64,000 bases of DNA, taken from Camelus ferus. Lineage: Eukaryota. Below are positions 38,368 through 50,778 of the stretch, in pieces. Under the pieces are notes generated by a model that saw only the letters and a list, made by a program, of their open reading frames with translations, did no database searches and had not been told where the DNA came from. The position numbers and the translations under genes are program-made. The stretch spans positions 94,986,001 through 95,050,000 of the forward strand of contig NC_045696.1 of assembly GCF_009834535.1 (NCBI RefSeq), given 5' to 3'. Positions within the stretch are counted from its first letter, which is position 1, and each line of letters opens with the position of its first letter.

Positions 38368-38828
38368 AAAATACCTATATTCATATACCTGCCTTCTCTA
38401 AGATTTTCCTTATGGGAAGTACCCAAGAGCTCCAAGTGTATTCTGGGACAAAAAAAGGGGGAAATTATGCAGAATTCACCAGATTGTATCCCTTCTGTTC
38501 AGTATTCAAACCTACTACTCCTCTTATGAAATAGAAACACAAAATAAAAAGAAAAAAAAATTGGAGTTTTTTGTTTCTTCATTCCATGGTAAATGCTGAC
38601 AACATAAATTTTACCAGCTCCAAGAAGTAGTTCTTCCTCATACAATTTTCTATATATGTATATAAGAATATAAGAATCTTCTATCTATGTATATAAGAAT
38701 AATTCCTTTCTACTCATCTGTAAAGTGTAATTTTTAATACTTCTTTTCCTTTTTTCCCACCTGCGATAGGTAGATAGATAGGGTATGACATCTTGTTAGG
38801 GAAGACTAGAGGATGGTTTTAGGGAAGA

Positions 38829-39218
38829 TATATTAGTTTGCTGGGGCTGCCATAACAAACTACCATGGACTGGGTGGCTTGAACAACAGAAATTTATTTC
38901 TGCATAGTCCTAGGGGCTAGTCCAAGATCAAGGTGTCTGCAGATTTGCTTTCTCCTGAGGCCCCTCTCTGGCTTGCAGGACCTCACTGTGTCCTCACATG
39001 ATCTTTCCTCTGTTCATCCACATCCCTGATTTCTCTCTGGTGTCCTGATAGCCCCTTTTTCATAATGGCAACAGTCAGACTGGCTTAGGTCCCACCCTAA
39101 CAGCTTTATTTTAATTTGATTTTCTCTTTGAAGGCTCTGTCTATACAGTCGCATTTTGAGGTACTAGGGGTTAAGTCTTCAATATATGAATTTGGAGGTT
39201 ACAATTCAGGCCATAACA
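38829..39218 (-). mobile_element. MaLR solo LTR (MLT1A/B or MST-like), 5-bp TSD
   Basis: tatattagtttgctggggctgccataacaaactacca...ggcttgaacaacagaaatttattt...acaattcaggccataaca. TSD gaaga/gaagg. Confidence 0.9.
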
Positions 39219-39239
39219 GAAGGTATCATGCTTTTGTTA

Positions 39240-39870
39240 GAGAAGAAAAGAATTTGTAGTGATAGTAGTAATAGAAAGAAATGGATTACAGATAATTTTC
39301 TCAGGGACAATTAAGAGGATTTAATGACGTGTAAGGCAAGATACAGGAACAATGAGAAATTCTCAGTCTTCTACCTTGGCCAGCTGGAGGTATAGCAGGA
39401 GACTTAAATTTAAAAAAAGAACAAGATGCAGATTTGGGGGTGAATTAGGATAATCACTTGTTAATTCATTCCAGAAATATTTAGCATGCTTTTACTGCAT
39501 AACTATTATTTTTAGATAAAGTCCCTAAGCTCATCGAGTTTATACTCAACAGTTCTCCAAATATGTAACCTTTGGGGTAAGTATTAGATATGGAATAGGT
39601 TAGATATAGAAAAGTGGATGTGTTGAGTAAGCAATTAAATGTATGAGTTTATAACTCAAGGGTTGGGTTGGGAAGTCAGAGTGTGTGTGTATGTATGTAT
39701 GTATGTATTAAAGCCATGAACCTGAGTGAATTCATGTAAGAAGTATGAAGGCTGAGAACAGTCTCTGAATCAGGGTTCATGGGTTGTAAAGAAGAGCAAG
39801 GACCAGTAAAGGAGACTGGAGGGGGTAGGGGGAGGAACCAACCAGTGAAGTATAAGAAAAACACATAATG
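39240..39870 (-). mobile_element. L2 fragments
   Basis: gtggatgtgttgagtaagcaattaaatgtatgagtt, ttaaagccatgaacctgagtga, ccagtaaaggagactgga. Confidence 0.65.
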
Positions 39871-42222
39871 ACTCCAGTTTTGACTATGTCCAGCCAAGAC
39901 TGCCTGCAGAATTTTCATCTGTGTACATTCAAATTAGCATTATAGAATACTACTTTTAAAATGCACAGTTTATATGTTCAGGTCATAACAGTAACTCTAA
40001 CTGCTCTAAATGTAGAAGTTCTAAGGAAAGGACTTTAATGCACTATCTACACCAATCTATAATCAAAAGGAAACAGCCCGAGCCCTCAAGGAGTCTGTCC
40101 TCTTGGGCAGACGTTGCTCTGCCACTGGCCATCTCGTTTAAAATACAAATTTGCTTAGCATAGACTGTGCAAAGGTAAACTGGAGCCATCAATTCTCATT
40201 GGCACCAACTTTAAGCATCTCTTAGATGCTCATGTATTTTCCCACCAACTTTTGCTTGCCTGTCTCAGTTTCTCTTGGTTCCCATTATTCTCACTGAGTC
40301 CCCAGGCTGCAATAAGAATTTCTCTTTCTTTCATGTTTAAAGCTTTTAATTACTCCCCTAGACATCCCTTCCCAGTTTGGCAATGCAAAAAGAGACTTCA
40401 GGGAAAGGTATTCTAGAATTAAACAAATGGATTACATCAGTGTTTTCCTGTTCTTTCAAGAATTAGGGCAAAATTCTGTCTTTGTCATGTTAGTTCATGG
40501 GAGATTGTGCCAAAGAAGAGGTTGGTGATTATTCTTCGAAGGGAATGGTAAGTGGTCCTTCATCATCAGTCACAGCTGATAACAGTAATTCTGGGGAAAA
40601 CGAAAATGCAATCTTTTTTGGCTTCCACGATAAGACCTCCATTTCCTTCCTTTCAGACATTATTCTCATTCCACCGTTACCACATTCACGCTGCTCGTGG
40701 AGGGTGTCCTTGTCAGTTTTCTCCCCAGTCTCTCCAGTTCCCAAAGTCATCATTCCCATTTTGTTTTTTAAACACGATCCACCTTTTGGTTAGTAATCAT
40801 CTTTTGCAAATCTGTCTGAAATTTTGCTTTTCTCAACACACACACAAACGATTTTCTTTAAAAATACAGAAGTATAATTTTGGCTTCCTTTTTACTTCCT
40901 CTTAATAATAAGCTATTACTCATTCTCCAGTTCTTAATGCAGCCAAAATTGGAGGGGGACTCAGATTGCTGAACCCTGTTCTAAATGAGTGGCACATTAT
41001 AAATTAAATACAGACAGAGTCAACAAGCACTTGGTCAGACAGATGAGGGAGAAAAGCCAAAACTCTGGTGTATTTCTCTCCTCTACCGTTTCCACTCAAG
41101 TCTCCGTATCCCCCCTTCCTCTTTTTTCTCTCCGGCGTCTCACCTCAAGTCAGGCCCAGAGCAAAAGCAAGCCACAGCCCTCACCCGTGGTGCAGACCCC
41201 AGTGCACAAGACACAGAGTAATCCCAGGCTCTCTCATGGGCGTGAGCAGAGCAAGGAAGAAGTAAGGCTGGGGCAGATTAGCGAGTCCTGGTGCTGTCAG
41301 GGGACGAAGGCACTTGGGAGATCATGTCACCTGGGAGGAGCAGACTCTGACATCTTTAGAGCCAAGAACGTGGCATAAATGAACGAAGCCAAACAAAAAT
41401 GAGCGTGACCCATGGCCAGTAATACACCCCAGGTGGACAGAGTGATCCTACTCACCATTCGGAACTGTGGGATGAGTGTCGCCAGAGCTCCTGATTTTTA
41501 TTATTCTTTTTGAGAGAATTAAAATTAATTTTTAATGCATGTAATGTAATCTGAGTTTATAAGTCAGCAAATTTTTTCTTGACGTCCTTATACTTAAGGA
41601 CCACCAAGTTGAAACCTCTTGTTTTATAATAAGAAACAGTCTTCCAAGTGTCTACCAAAGTCACATGGTGATTAGCTGGCAGAGCCCAGACAGTATAGAA
41701 ATGCCATTCTTCTTAAATATTCTCCAGCTGTTATGGGGATAGTTTCCCAATTTATCAAAATTTGAAAGAGAAGATACTAGAATCAAAGGTAATAAATAAA
41801 TTCTTTAAGAAAGAGATATTATCTCTAAAAAGAAAAATGTTAGCATCCTCTCCCCATATACCATTTGGACATAACTTTTAGGTTTCTTTCATTCTATGTC
41901 TTTTTTAGAAAAAAATAAAATAAAAGAGAGAGAGATATTCCTGGAGAGAGAATCTGCTTTGAGGTCTGGTCATGTGCAAAACAACTTCCTTAGGACTTTA
42001 GGTGTATTACATCTTTTAACCTTATTTTTTTTAATTAGAGAGTAAATTAAGTAAATAGTAAATGAAGTGAGACCCAAAAAGCATAATTAATGTAAAACTT
42101 TCTTCGCATGAAAATAAAAAAAGAATTACATAGCTAGGAAAATTGTGTGTGAATTTAGTTCCTTAAATATGTTGTCAAGCAAGTATTGGAATCTGGGACA
42201 ACTCTAAATTTGCACCTCTGTT

Positions 42223-43196
42223 AGCTTATACAGCTCAGTATCAAAAATCAAAAATGGGCAGAAGACCTAAATAGACATTTCTGCAAAGCATACAGATGGC
42301 CAACAGGCATATGAAAAGGTGCTCAACATCACTAATCATTAAGAGAAGTGCAAATCAAAACTACAATGAGGTATCTATCACCCCAGTTGGTCAGAAGAAT
42401 CATCATCGAAAAATCTACAAATAGTAAATGCTAGAGACAGTGTAGATAAAAGGGAACCCTCCTACACTGTTGGTGGAAGTGTAGTTTGGTGCAACCACTA
42501 TGGAGAACAGTATGGAAGTTCCGTAAAGAACTAAAACTAGAGTTACCATATGATCCAGCAGTTTTACTCTTGGAGAGAATTCTAATTGGAAAAGATACAT
42601 GCACCCCAATGTTCACAGCAGCACTTTTGCAATAGCCAAGACATGGAAGCAACCTAAATGTCCATTGACAGATGAGTGGATTAAAAAATGTGGCATATAC
42701 GTAGATGTATATACAATGGAATATTACTCAGCCATAAAAAAGAGTGAAATAATGCCATTTACAACAACATGGGTGGACCTAGATAGAGATCATCATACTT
42801 AGTGAAGTAAGTCAGACAGAGAAAGACAAATATCATGATATCACTTACATGTGAAATCTAAAAAAATCAATAAAGATCAACTTATTTACAAAACAGAAAT
42901 AAATTTACAGAGATAGAAAACAAACTTATGGTTACCTAAGGGGAAAGTGTCAGGGGAGGGATAAATTGGGAATTTAAGATTAACAGGTACACAGTACTAT
43001 ATATAAAATAGATAAACAATAAGACCCTATTATAAAGCACAGGGAACTATATTCAATATCTGATAATAACCTATAATGGAAAAGAATCTTAAAAAGAATA
43101 TATATGTGTGTATATACACATATGTATAACTGAATCACTCTGCTGTATGCCTGAAACATTGTAAATCAACTATACTTAAATTCAAAAATTAAAACT
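42223..43196 (+). mobile_element. L1 3' portion (ORF2 C-terminus plus 3' UTR), intermediate age
   Basis: aaaatgggcagaagacctaaatagacattt. ORF 42599 contains [20 protein letters not shown]...[11 protein letters not shown]. 3' end ttgtaaatcaactatact. Residual TSD core acctctgtt at 42214-42222 and 43197-43205. Confidence 0.95.
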
Positions 43197-43449
43197 ACCT
43201 CTGTTGGTAAGGGTAAGAGTCCTGATCACTGAACTTCCACCTCCACTTAAGGAATTGAAGGCATGAGACATACAGAATTGAGATATTTTTAATGCACATT
43301 TGAATGTAGCTCTGCTAGGAACAGGGTATGAGACTGAACACATACATCTCACTAAAAGCTGAATTTGCTGTGTCAGTGTGAGCACAATGGAGGGTAAGTG
43401 GATTGTCTTGCCCTCCCAGAACCAGTACATCTAATTTATTACTTCTTTC

Positions 43450-43945
43450 CTTCATTCATCCAACACATATTTATTATATTTAGCTCAGTTCTGAGCAATG
43501 AACAAGCCACAAGAGACCTCTGCCCTCATGGAGCTGATATTCCAACAAAAGGAGACGGACAATAAACAAGAAAAATAAATAAATTAATGATGTAATTTCA
43601 AATAATGCTAAATACTGAGTAGAATTTTAAAAAGCAGAGTATTACAACAGAGAGTGGTAAGCGTGATAATAGAGGGGAACTACCTTTAGATATTTGTATC
43701 AGAATGGATACAATCCAGAGGTACAGATCTGAGAAAAGAGGGATAAAGAATTACAAGTACAAAGGTCCTGAGGTCAGAATGAGTTTGAAAAGTTCAAGGG
43801 ACAGAAGGAGGATCTGTGGGGCTGAAGGATACTGAGCAAGAGTCAGAGAGGTCCTGGGAGTAATGTTTTCCATCACGGGGAATTTTATTTTATTTTAAAT
43901 AGCACAGAGAGTCACTAGAGTGCTATAAGTAGGGAAATGATTTGT
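43450..43945 (-). mobile_element. L2 3' portion
   Basis: ttcattcatccaacacatatttatt, ctctgccctcatggagctgatattc, agtacaaaggtcctgaggtcagaatgagttt. Confidence 0.9.
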
Positions 43946-44424
43946 TCCTTTGGGAAGACTGAAAGGCTTCCAGAGCCTCCATGAAAGACTAGAACAGGAA
44001 ACCATCACTTCTCTGCTGCCTGCAACAAAAGAGAAACTCCAGAAGAAAGAGGGGTTGCTAAGCTGTGTGTACATGTAACATAGAGGTCTAGAAACCTCCA
44101 AGGGAAGAGTCTCTGACTTTGGCAGCTGTGTGCCAAGAAAGGGATTTAGCTGACCGAGCCAGCACCGGCCAGAGCCGGAAGAAGGGCCAAGTCTTGCTTG
44201 TAAAATACCACACACAGCCCACTAAACAACCAGTCCGCTTCATCGGAACATGGACTTAGAGACAACGAATACAGCCAGTTCTGACCTGAACATACAGTCT
44301 TCTCCAAAGGCAACAATTCCCACTATGGGAGACCTGTGGGACTGCACAGCCGCGATCTGCCTTTTCGTCTTACCTGGTTCCCTTTGGTTGACATCCGGTT
44401 TTTAATACAACCACTTGAATGTGT

Positions 44425-44675
44425 GCGGGCATGCTGGCGGCAGCATAAGGTGGTGCAGTCTGGCCATGTGCGTCAAGGATGATAAAAATGTGCATTCATT
44501 TTGACCCAGCAATTTTACTTCTATGAATTTATCTTAAGGAAATGACCAGAGATGCTGTGATGAAATAAACAGTATAAATATCCAACAGCTGCACACAGAT
44601 TATGTCCATTAGGGCACATTTGCAACCATTCAATATCATGTTCTGGGAAAATACTTCAGGACAGAAAAAAAATTT
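44425..44675 (+). mobile_element. L1ME-like fragment
   Basis: aaaaatgtgcattcattttgacccagcaattttacttctatgaatttatcttaagg. Confidence 0.75.
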
Positions 44676-45771
44676 CTCTTTTCCCTGAAAGTTTTGTGTC
44701 CAGAATGCTTACTTGTGACATCCTTAGGGCTAATCTTCTAGCCTGAGCAGTGGGGTTCTGGGAAGCCACTCTGTTCAAGAGAAGAGTGGGAGACCTAACT
44801 GTACTACAGGCCCCTTCAATGGCCATTTGTCACAAGGGTCACCCATACCAATGTTTCCATGGTCCCTGTAACAAAGGCAAAATAAGTGAACAGAAATGAG
44901 CTGTTAGCCACCCCTACTTTGTAATTCCAAAGTACTCTGTATACATTCTTTTTTTTTTAAACTTAAGTTTTAGAAGTTTTGTCTGTTTGGTAGTGACTTT
45001 CTCCTCTTCCTATTAGAATGTCTGCTCTATTTTGTTCATGCTTATCTTCAGTGCCTGAACAGTGCTTGGCAAATAAACTAGGTAAGTATTTGCTGAATAA
45101 ATTAGTGGAGAATAATGAATCCAAGCCCTAATAATAGCGACTCAGAGAAAAACATGGCACATTCAGGTCAGTGTTCAGTGAAAATGAAAATACAGTGTTT
45201 AGGACTGAATTAAACTTTTTGCAAGGATATACTCTTCGACAGATATAGCCAGAAAATTCCCTTTTGCTCCAGCAGTATTTTAGGAGTTACTAATTTCTCA
45301 TATGAATGGCTTTCGACAGTGGTTTTCTTTTCCACAATGAGCAAGAAGATTAAGGCCTATGGAAAAAAAAATTGATATTCATAGACTAGTATTGCTGCCA
45401 ACTTACCCATGAAGGCGTAGAATGGAAGGTTGGGGGGATCTCACGGAGAAGAAGAGAAAAGTAAAAGAAATGAGATGATGCAAGTTGCAAACATTCTATA
45501 ATTATTTCTTCTATGCTATTCAAATTCAAAAATTATAAGTGCAGGGAGCAGGCCACAAAACCCCATGGTATTTTATACAATCCAAGTAAGTATCAAGGGT
45601 CTTGAACATGTTCATATCACTTGATGCAGTGATTTCACTTTAAGGATACAAACTAAGGACAAATAATGCAGACAAAGATTTGTGTACAAACACGGTCGAA
45701 CCACCGACTTGAATGAGAAACTCCATTTTATACATAAGTCACAGGCAGATAGAGCTGAAAGGGGCCTCAGC

Positions 45772-46166
45772 TATGTTAGTCAGAGTTCTCTAGAGAAAAA
45801 TAGAATCAAAAGGGCGTGTGTGTGTCTGTGAGAGAGAGAGAGAGAGGAAGAAATGTATTTGATGGAATTGGTTTATGTGGAGGCTGGCAAGTCCAAAATC
45901 TGCAGGGCAGGCTGGAAGGTTGGGACCCAGGGAATAAGCGATGCTGCCGTTTGAGTCCGACGGCAGACTATAGGCAGTTCTCTATCAAGACCTTCAACTG
46001 ATTGGATGAGGCCCACTCACATTATTGAGAGTTATCTACTCAAAATCTGCTGATTTAAATGATAATCTCATCTAAAAAGTACCTTCAAAGCAACATCCCA
46101 CCGTATTTGACCAAATATCTTGGTACTTTGGCCTCGCCAAGTTGATACATAAAATTAACCATCACA
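45772..46166 (-). mobile_element. MLT2 (ERVL) solo LTR
   Basis: ttagtcagagttctctagagaaa, ggaggctggcaagtccaaaatctgcagg, ccttcaactgattggatgaggcccac, terminal gccaagttgatacataaaattaaccatcaca. Confidence 0.92.
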
Positions 46167-47994
46167 CTGGCCCCTAGGCATATTTGGAAGGACTCTCAGA
46201 GATGTGAACTTGCCAAGCATGTTGACAAATGGACCTAAATTGAAATCTTTCCTTAATGTGGATATCAATCTTTTCCCAAATTCAGCAAAATGTCCTTGAG
46301 AGTCATATCTCGAACTTTTCCTTTGACTTTAATTTTACATACAGTGTGACTTGTTCCAAAAGTAGGTAATTCGTCTTTCATCATTCATCTCTATAGATGA
46401 TCTTACTCACTTTGCACCCCAGAAGCTCTTAGCATTGTGCTTTCCATATCACAGGCATCCAGTACCTGCATGCTCAATTAGACTGAGTCTCGTTCTAAAT
46501 GAGCTCAGTCAGAAAGTTGTCATGTCACATCACCTAACTTCTCTGATTTTCATTTTCACTTTCTATAAATAACAGGATTTACTAATAATCTCTAATATCA
46601 TATCAGTGGTAACTACAGTGAGTATGTAGGGGAGAAATGGCAAGGAAGCTCTTCATGAAGGAGGGGAAGTTTGAAGGAGTATGATGCAGAGAGAAATATG
46701 GAGAATTGCAATGAAAGAAAACAGTGAATGGAATGAAAAAGGTGGAAATATACCAGGTGTGCTTGACAGACAGTGGGGTGATTGTACAGAGGTCGTTGAT
46801 GGAAGCTATGGAAGATGTGGCTGAGGAAGTACGTGATGAACTTGAGGACAATATAAACAGTTTGCACTTTAAAGTGATTGGGTATTATTGATAGTTTTTG
46901 AATTAGGAAGTAAGTTGATTAAAATGGTATTTTGTGGAGGAGGGAAAAAAGCCTATTCTGGACATACTAATTTATCCTCTTTAAATTAAACAACTTGATC
47001 ATTTTCTTATGTCTCCAGTTCCCCGAACTGTTTTTGTAATCACAGACAGACTAATCCAATTCCTTGTCTAAATTACACAATATTAAGCTGCAAATCCATG
47101 CACTACCAAAAAATAATTTAGAAGTAATTTTGTCATAAAAATTATTTCAATGCAGTTGTCACAACTAATACCTGTTATTACATTTATACACTATTACTTG
47201 TCAGAGGAACAATTTAAACAGGAAAACGTGGGCTGCAGAGAACCCCATTAAAATGAACTATAAATCAAGAGTGAAAGGAAGAGAAGTTTTCAGAATTAAG
47301 AAAGAAGAGACACAGGCTGTACCCAGATGTCACATTTAATCTTTCAGGGTGGAAGTAAGAATTGGTGGTTTGCAACTTACCACAAACGGTAAAGAATTGG
47401 GTGTTTCAATGTATCTGATTTTGTCACTGGTACTTGGAAAAGACAAAGTGTTGTGGGTCTAACAGGAGTTGCTTTGACAGCTGAGCCCTGTCTCTGCTGC
47501 TTGCTAGCTCGGTGTCTGAGCAAATATCCTCATCTCTGGGCCATAGTTTCTTCATCTGTAAATAGGCATAACTGTCCTAGAATTAATACGCCTGGCACAT
47601 TACCCCACACATCACAACCCTCCTCAAAAACATGGTTCACCCTCCCACCACATTCTGTACTCTGGCCTTCATCGACTTTTGTGAAGCTGTAGACACCACC
47701 ACCAGCCTCACAATGCTACTGTCCTAAGTACCACCCACACAGCTCTCATTGTACCAGGTCCTTTCACACATCACGTAACAAAAGCTGTTAGACAAAATCA
47801 TTCCTGTTTCACCCTAAGTTTTGCCCATGAAAAGAGCATAGCCTATATTTTCATGTCTGATTAGAATCAGATGTACCTGCCTTTTTCTTCACATGTTCCT
47901 AAAATGAGCAGAATGCCATGAGTAAGTGATTTCTCGCAGAGCTCTTATGCACCAGAGAACTCAGAAAATGATTCATCTTAGTAAATAAAATACA

Positions 47995-48200
47995 GTAATC
48001 ATAGTTTAGTAAGTACTTACTACCTACCAGGCACTCTTCAAAGGGACTTCCTATGTATTGGCTCATATAATATTTACAACAAGTTGTTGAGGCCCATACA
48101 TTTATTATTGTCATTTTATGGGTAGGAAAAATTACAATTTATGAAACACACTTGAGGTGACCCTGCTTGTTGGCAGCAGAGCTGGAATTAAGAGGCATAT
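47995..48200 (-). mobile_element. MIR SINE
   Basis: tttagtaagtacttactacctaccaggcactct...ttattattgtcattttat...tggcagcagagctggaatt. Confidence 0.75.
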
Positions 48201-49971
48201 AATCCCATTCACTCGTTGGGACATGGAACAAAAAGCAAATAATATCCAAAACTGTCTGCGCTCTTCTTTTTTCAAAAATCAAAAGTGAATAAAGATTTAG
48301 ATTTAGATTTCATGTCTAAAATGTCTATAATTTCAAAAGAACAAATTCTGTATCATACAGTGAGAAAAACAGTATCTATAGTGTATCATTCTTAGTTAGA
48401 AGTATTTGGTCTTGTTTTTAACTAAGTGTTATTTAAAAATCACTTCATAAAGGATCTCAAGAAAAGAATCACTTCATAAAAGGTAATAAAGAGAGAAATA
48501 ATCCACAGACAAATTTGCAAGGTTGCTGATTATAGGACTTTGGCCCTATGTTAAAGCTGTAAGCATCTCTGGTCTGTAAATAGGGATCAATTTTATAGTT
48601 CTTTGATATATTTTACCCTTATTATTTTTTAAACAGACATCACAATTTAATTTATATATCATAAAATTCACCTGTTTCAAGTGTGCAATTCAGTGATTTT
48701 TTAAAAAATATATTTACAGAGTTGCGTAAGTATTACCAGGAGGGGTGAAATGTTGAACTGGTAAGAGACACCATTCTCTAAAGAGGATAAGAGCAGAAAC
48801 CATAAACCAATTTGGAAAAGTACTTGGAGACACTCAAGTTTAAGGAAAGTGATCTACTTAAACATTATGAATACTGAAGTATTAATTCAGAATTCTCTCC
48901 TTAACACGGGGTAGGAATATAGTTGCATTCCATGACTAACAGGAAGAAATATGTTTTACTGATCCACAGAGAATTAAACTAAGATATCTCATCTAGAATA
49001 TACATAAGTTTCCTCGTGAAGCTTTGTTATGACATCTATTTGCTACTATCATTCATTTGAATGTTACTAATAATCTACTTGTTGCCAAGTCCATAGAGTT
49101 TTTGGTTCTTTGATGAGTAAGAAAAGATATCTTAATGAGAAGTGAGACGAACGTTTGTCAATTGAGAAGGCTGTTGAATTTCAAAGCATAAAAGTTAAAG
49201 GATCTATTTATAGACATTAAGCTCTAGATTTCCACAGTTTGAAGGAACTTTAAAGCTAACCACCTCTTTTTTTAATAGATGAGGCTGCTTACAAAGGCTA
49301 AAGATTAGAACCCAATCTGGTGAACCACCTATTATATAATTTCATATTCAAACTTTATGACCCTATGTTATTCAAAGGCTTCAGGTACCATATATGTGTC
49401 TCATCCCTTTTATACTATCATAAGCTTTTCAGTACGGGGACTTGTTTTTCCTGATTCCTCAGCATCCAGCAATGCTTGACTCCAAAAATTATTTGTTAAT
49501 CATCATATTTGAGCTACCTTTAAAAGTTGAGCCTGTTGTTTCTTTGGAACTAAGACTCCTACATCCAAAAATCTCACTATTGTTTGCCTTCAGATCTTTC
49601 AGGTTTTTTTACTCTCTTGTTTTACCATCTGATACCCATTTGTTGCCCTTTTTTATTTCAGTGATAAGATAAAGAGTTCTAAAATGAATTTGAAAATTTA
49701 AATATTTCAAAAATAGAATAGATTGCACAGGAAGAACAGTAATTATCTTTGGAAGAATTAATCCTCAAACAAATTTTCTAGTCAAAGGGAAACAAAAAGT
49801 AATGAAAGAATTAAATGCAATTTAATCATCATTAATTGAAACGTTCTTGTGTTCAGTTTACTGAAGGTACAGCAGATAGGTAAGACACAGATCCTATTCT
49901 TAATGAACTCCTATCCTCTTAAAAAAAAGAGTATTGTATGACAATTTGATCAGTTAATTGTACTTTAAAGC

Positions 49972-50190
49972 AATAATAATACTTATTATATATTATTATG
50001 TACTGAGTACTTTACTTAACACATTGAATCCTCACAACAACCCTATTAGGTAAGCACTGTTATACTTTCATTTTACAAATGAGAAAACTGAAACACAGAG
50101 GCATTAAATGACCTGCCCCAGTTATAGCAGAGCTGATGTATGAATCAGTGTTGATTCAGAACCTACATTCTTGTGCCACCCTATATTACC
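49972..50190 (-). mobile_element. MIR SINE
   Basis: aatcctcacaacaaccctattaggtaag...cattttacaaatgagaaaactgaaacacagag. Confidence 0.92.
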
Positions 50191-50627
50191 TCTCAAGTAA
50201 CTGTACCTTCTTAACTCATTTTATTTCACTTTACAAATATATATATACCCAAATTAGAAATTAAGATTTGCTGATCATTTCACATCAAGAAGGTAAATCT
50301 ATTTTTGACCTGTGAAGGACTCCTCATACAGAATCAGTCTGAAGATTGTAAATGCCTTTACAAACCCGTGACATTATTAAAACATCATTTTAATGTTTTA
50401 CATTTTGATGAAAATGTGCCTTTAGAAGTCTAAGTATCTGCCATAGTACAGAGTACATTTCTGAAAAGCTTTCACTGTGCTGCATTTTATACTTAAAGTT
50501 ACAGAGCTTATGGGAAAAAAATAGAACTAATCCAGATCACTAAACACCTGTGCCACTTCATGGTCAGAGCACTAGCAACAACAACCACCACTACAAATCC
50601 TACTTTAAAATAATTGATCAGAGTTTT

Positions 50628-50778
50628 TTTTTATGTTTTATTTATTTATTTTGGTGATGGGGAGGTAATTAGGTGTTTTTGTTTTTGTTTTTAAACCGAC
50701 ATACTGGGGATTGAATCCAGGACCTCCTGCATGTTAATAAGCACATGCTCTGCCACTGAGCTATGCCCTCCCCTCCTA
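50628..50778 (-). mobile_element. Full-length tRNA-derived SINE (camelid-type) with TSD
   Basis: Minus strand GGGGAGGGCATAGCTCAGTGGCAGAGCATGTGC...GAGGTCCTGGATTCAATCCCCAGTA has Pol III A and B boxes, then cctaattacctcccc and an A-rich tail. TSD gatcagagtttt (50616-50627) / gatcacagtttt (50779-50790). Confidence 0.92.

Noticed and set aside
50700..50775. tRNA gene on the minus strand
   Set aside because: The A/B boxes belong to a SINE head. The acceptor stem does not pair well, and a SINE tail and TSD are present.
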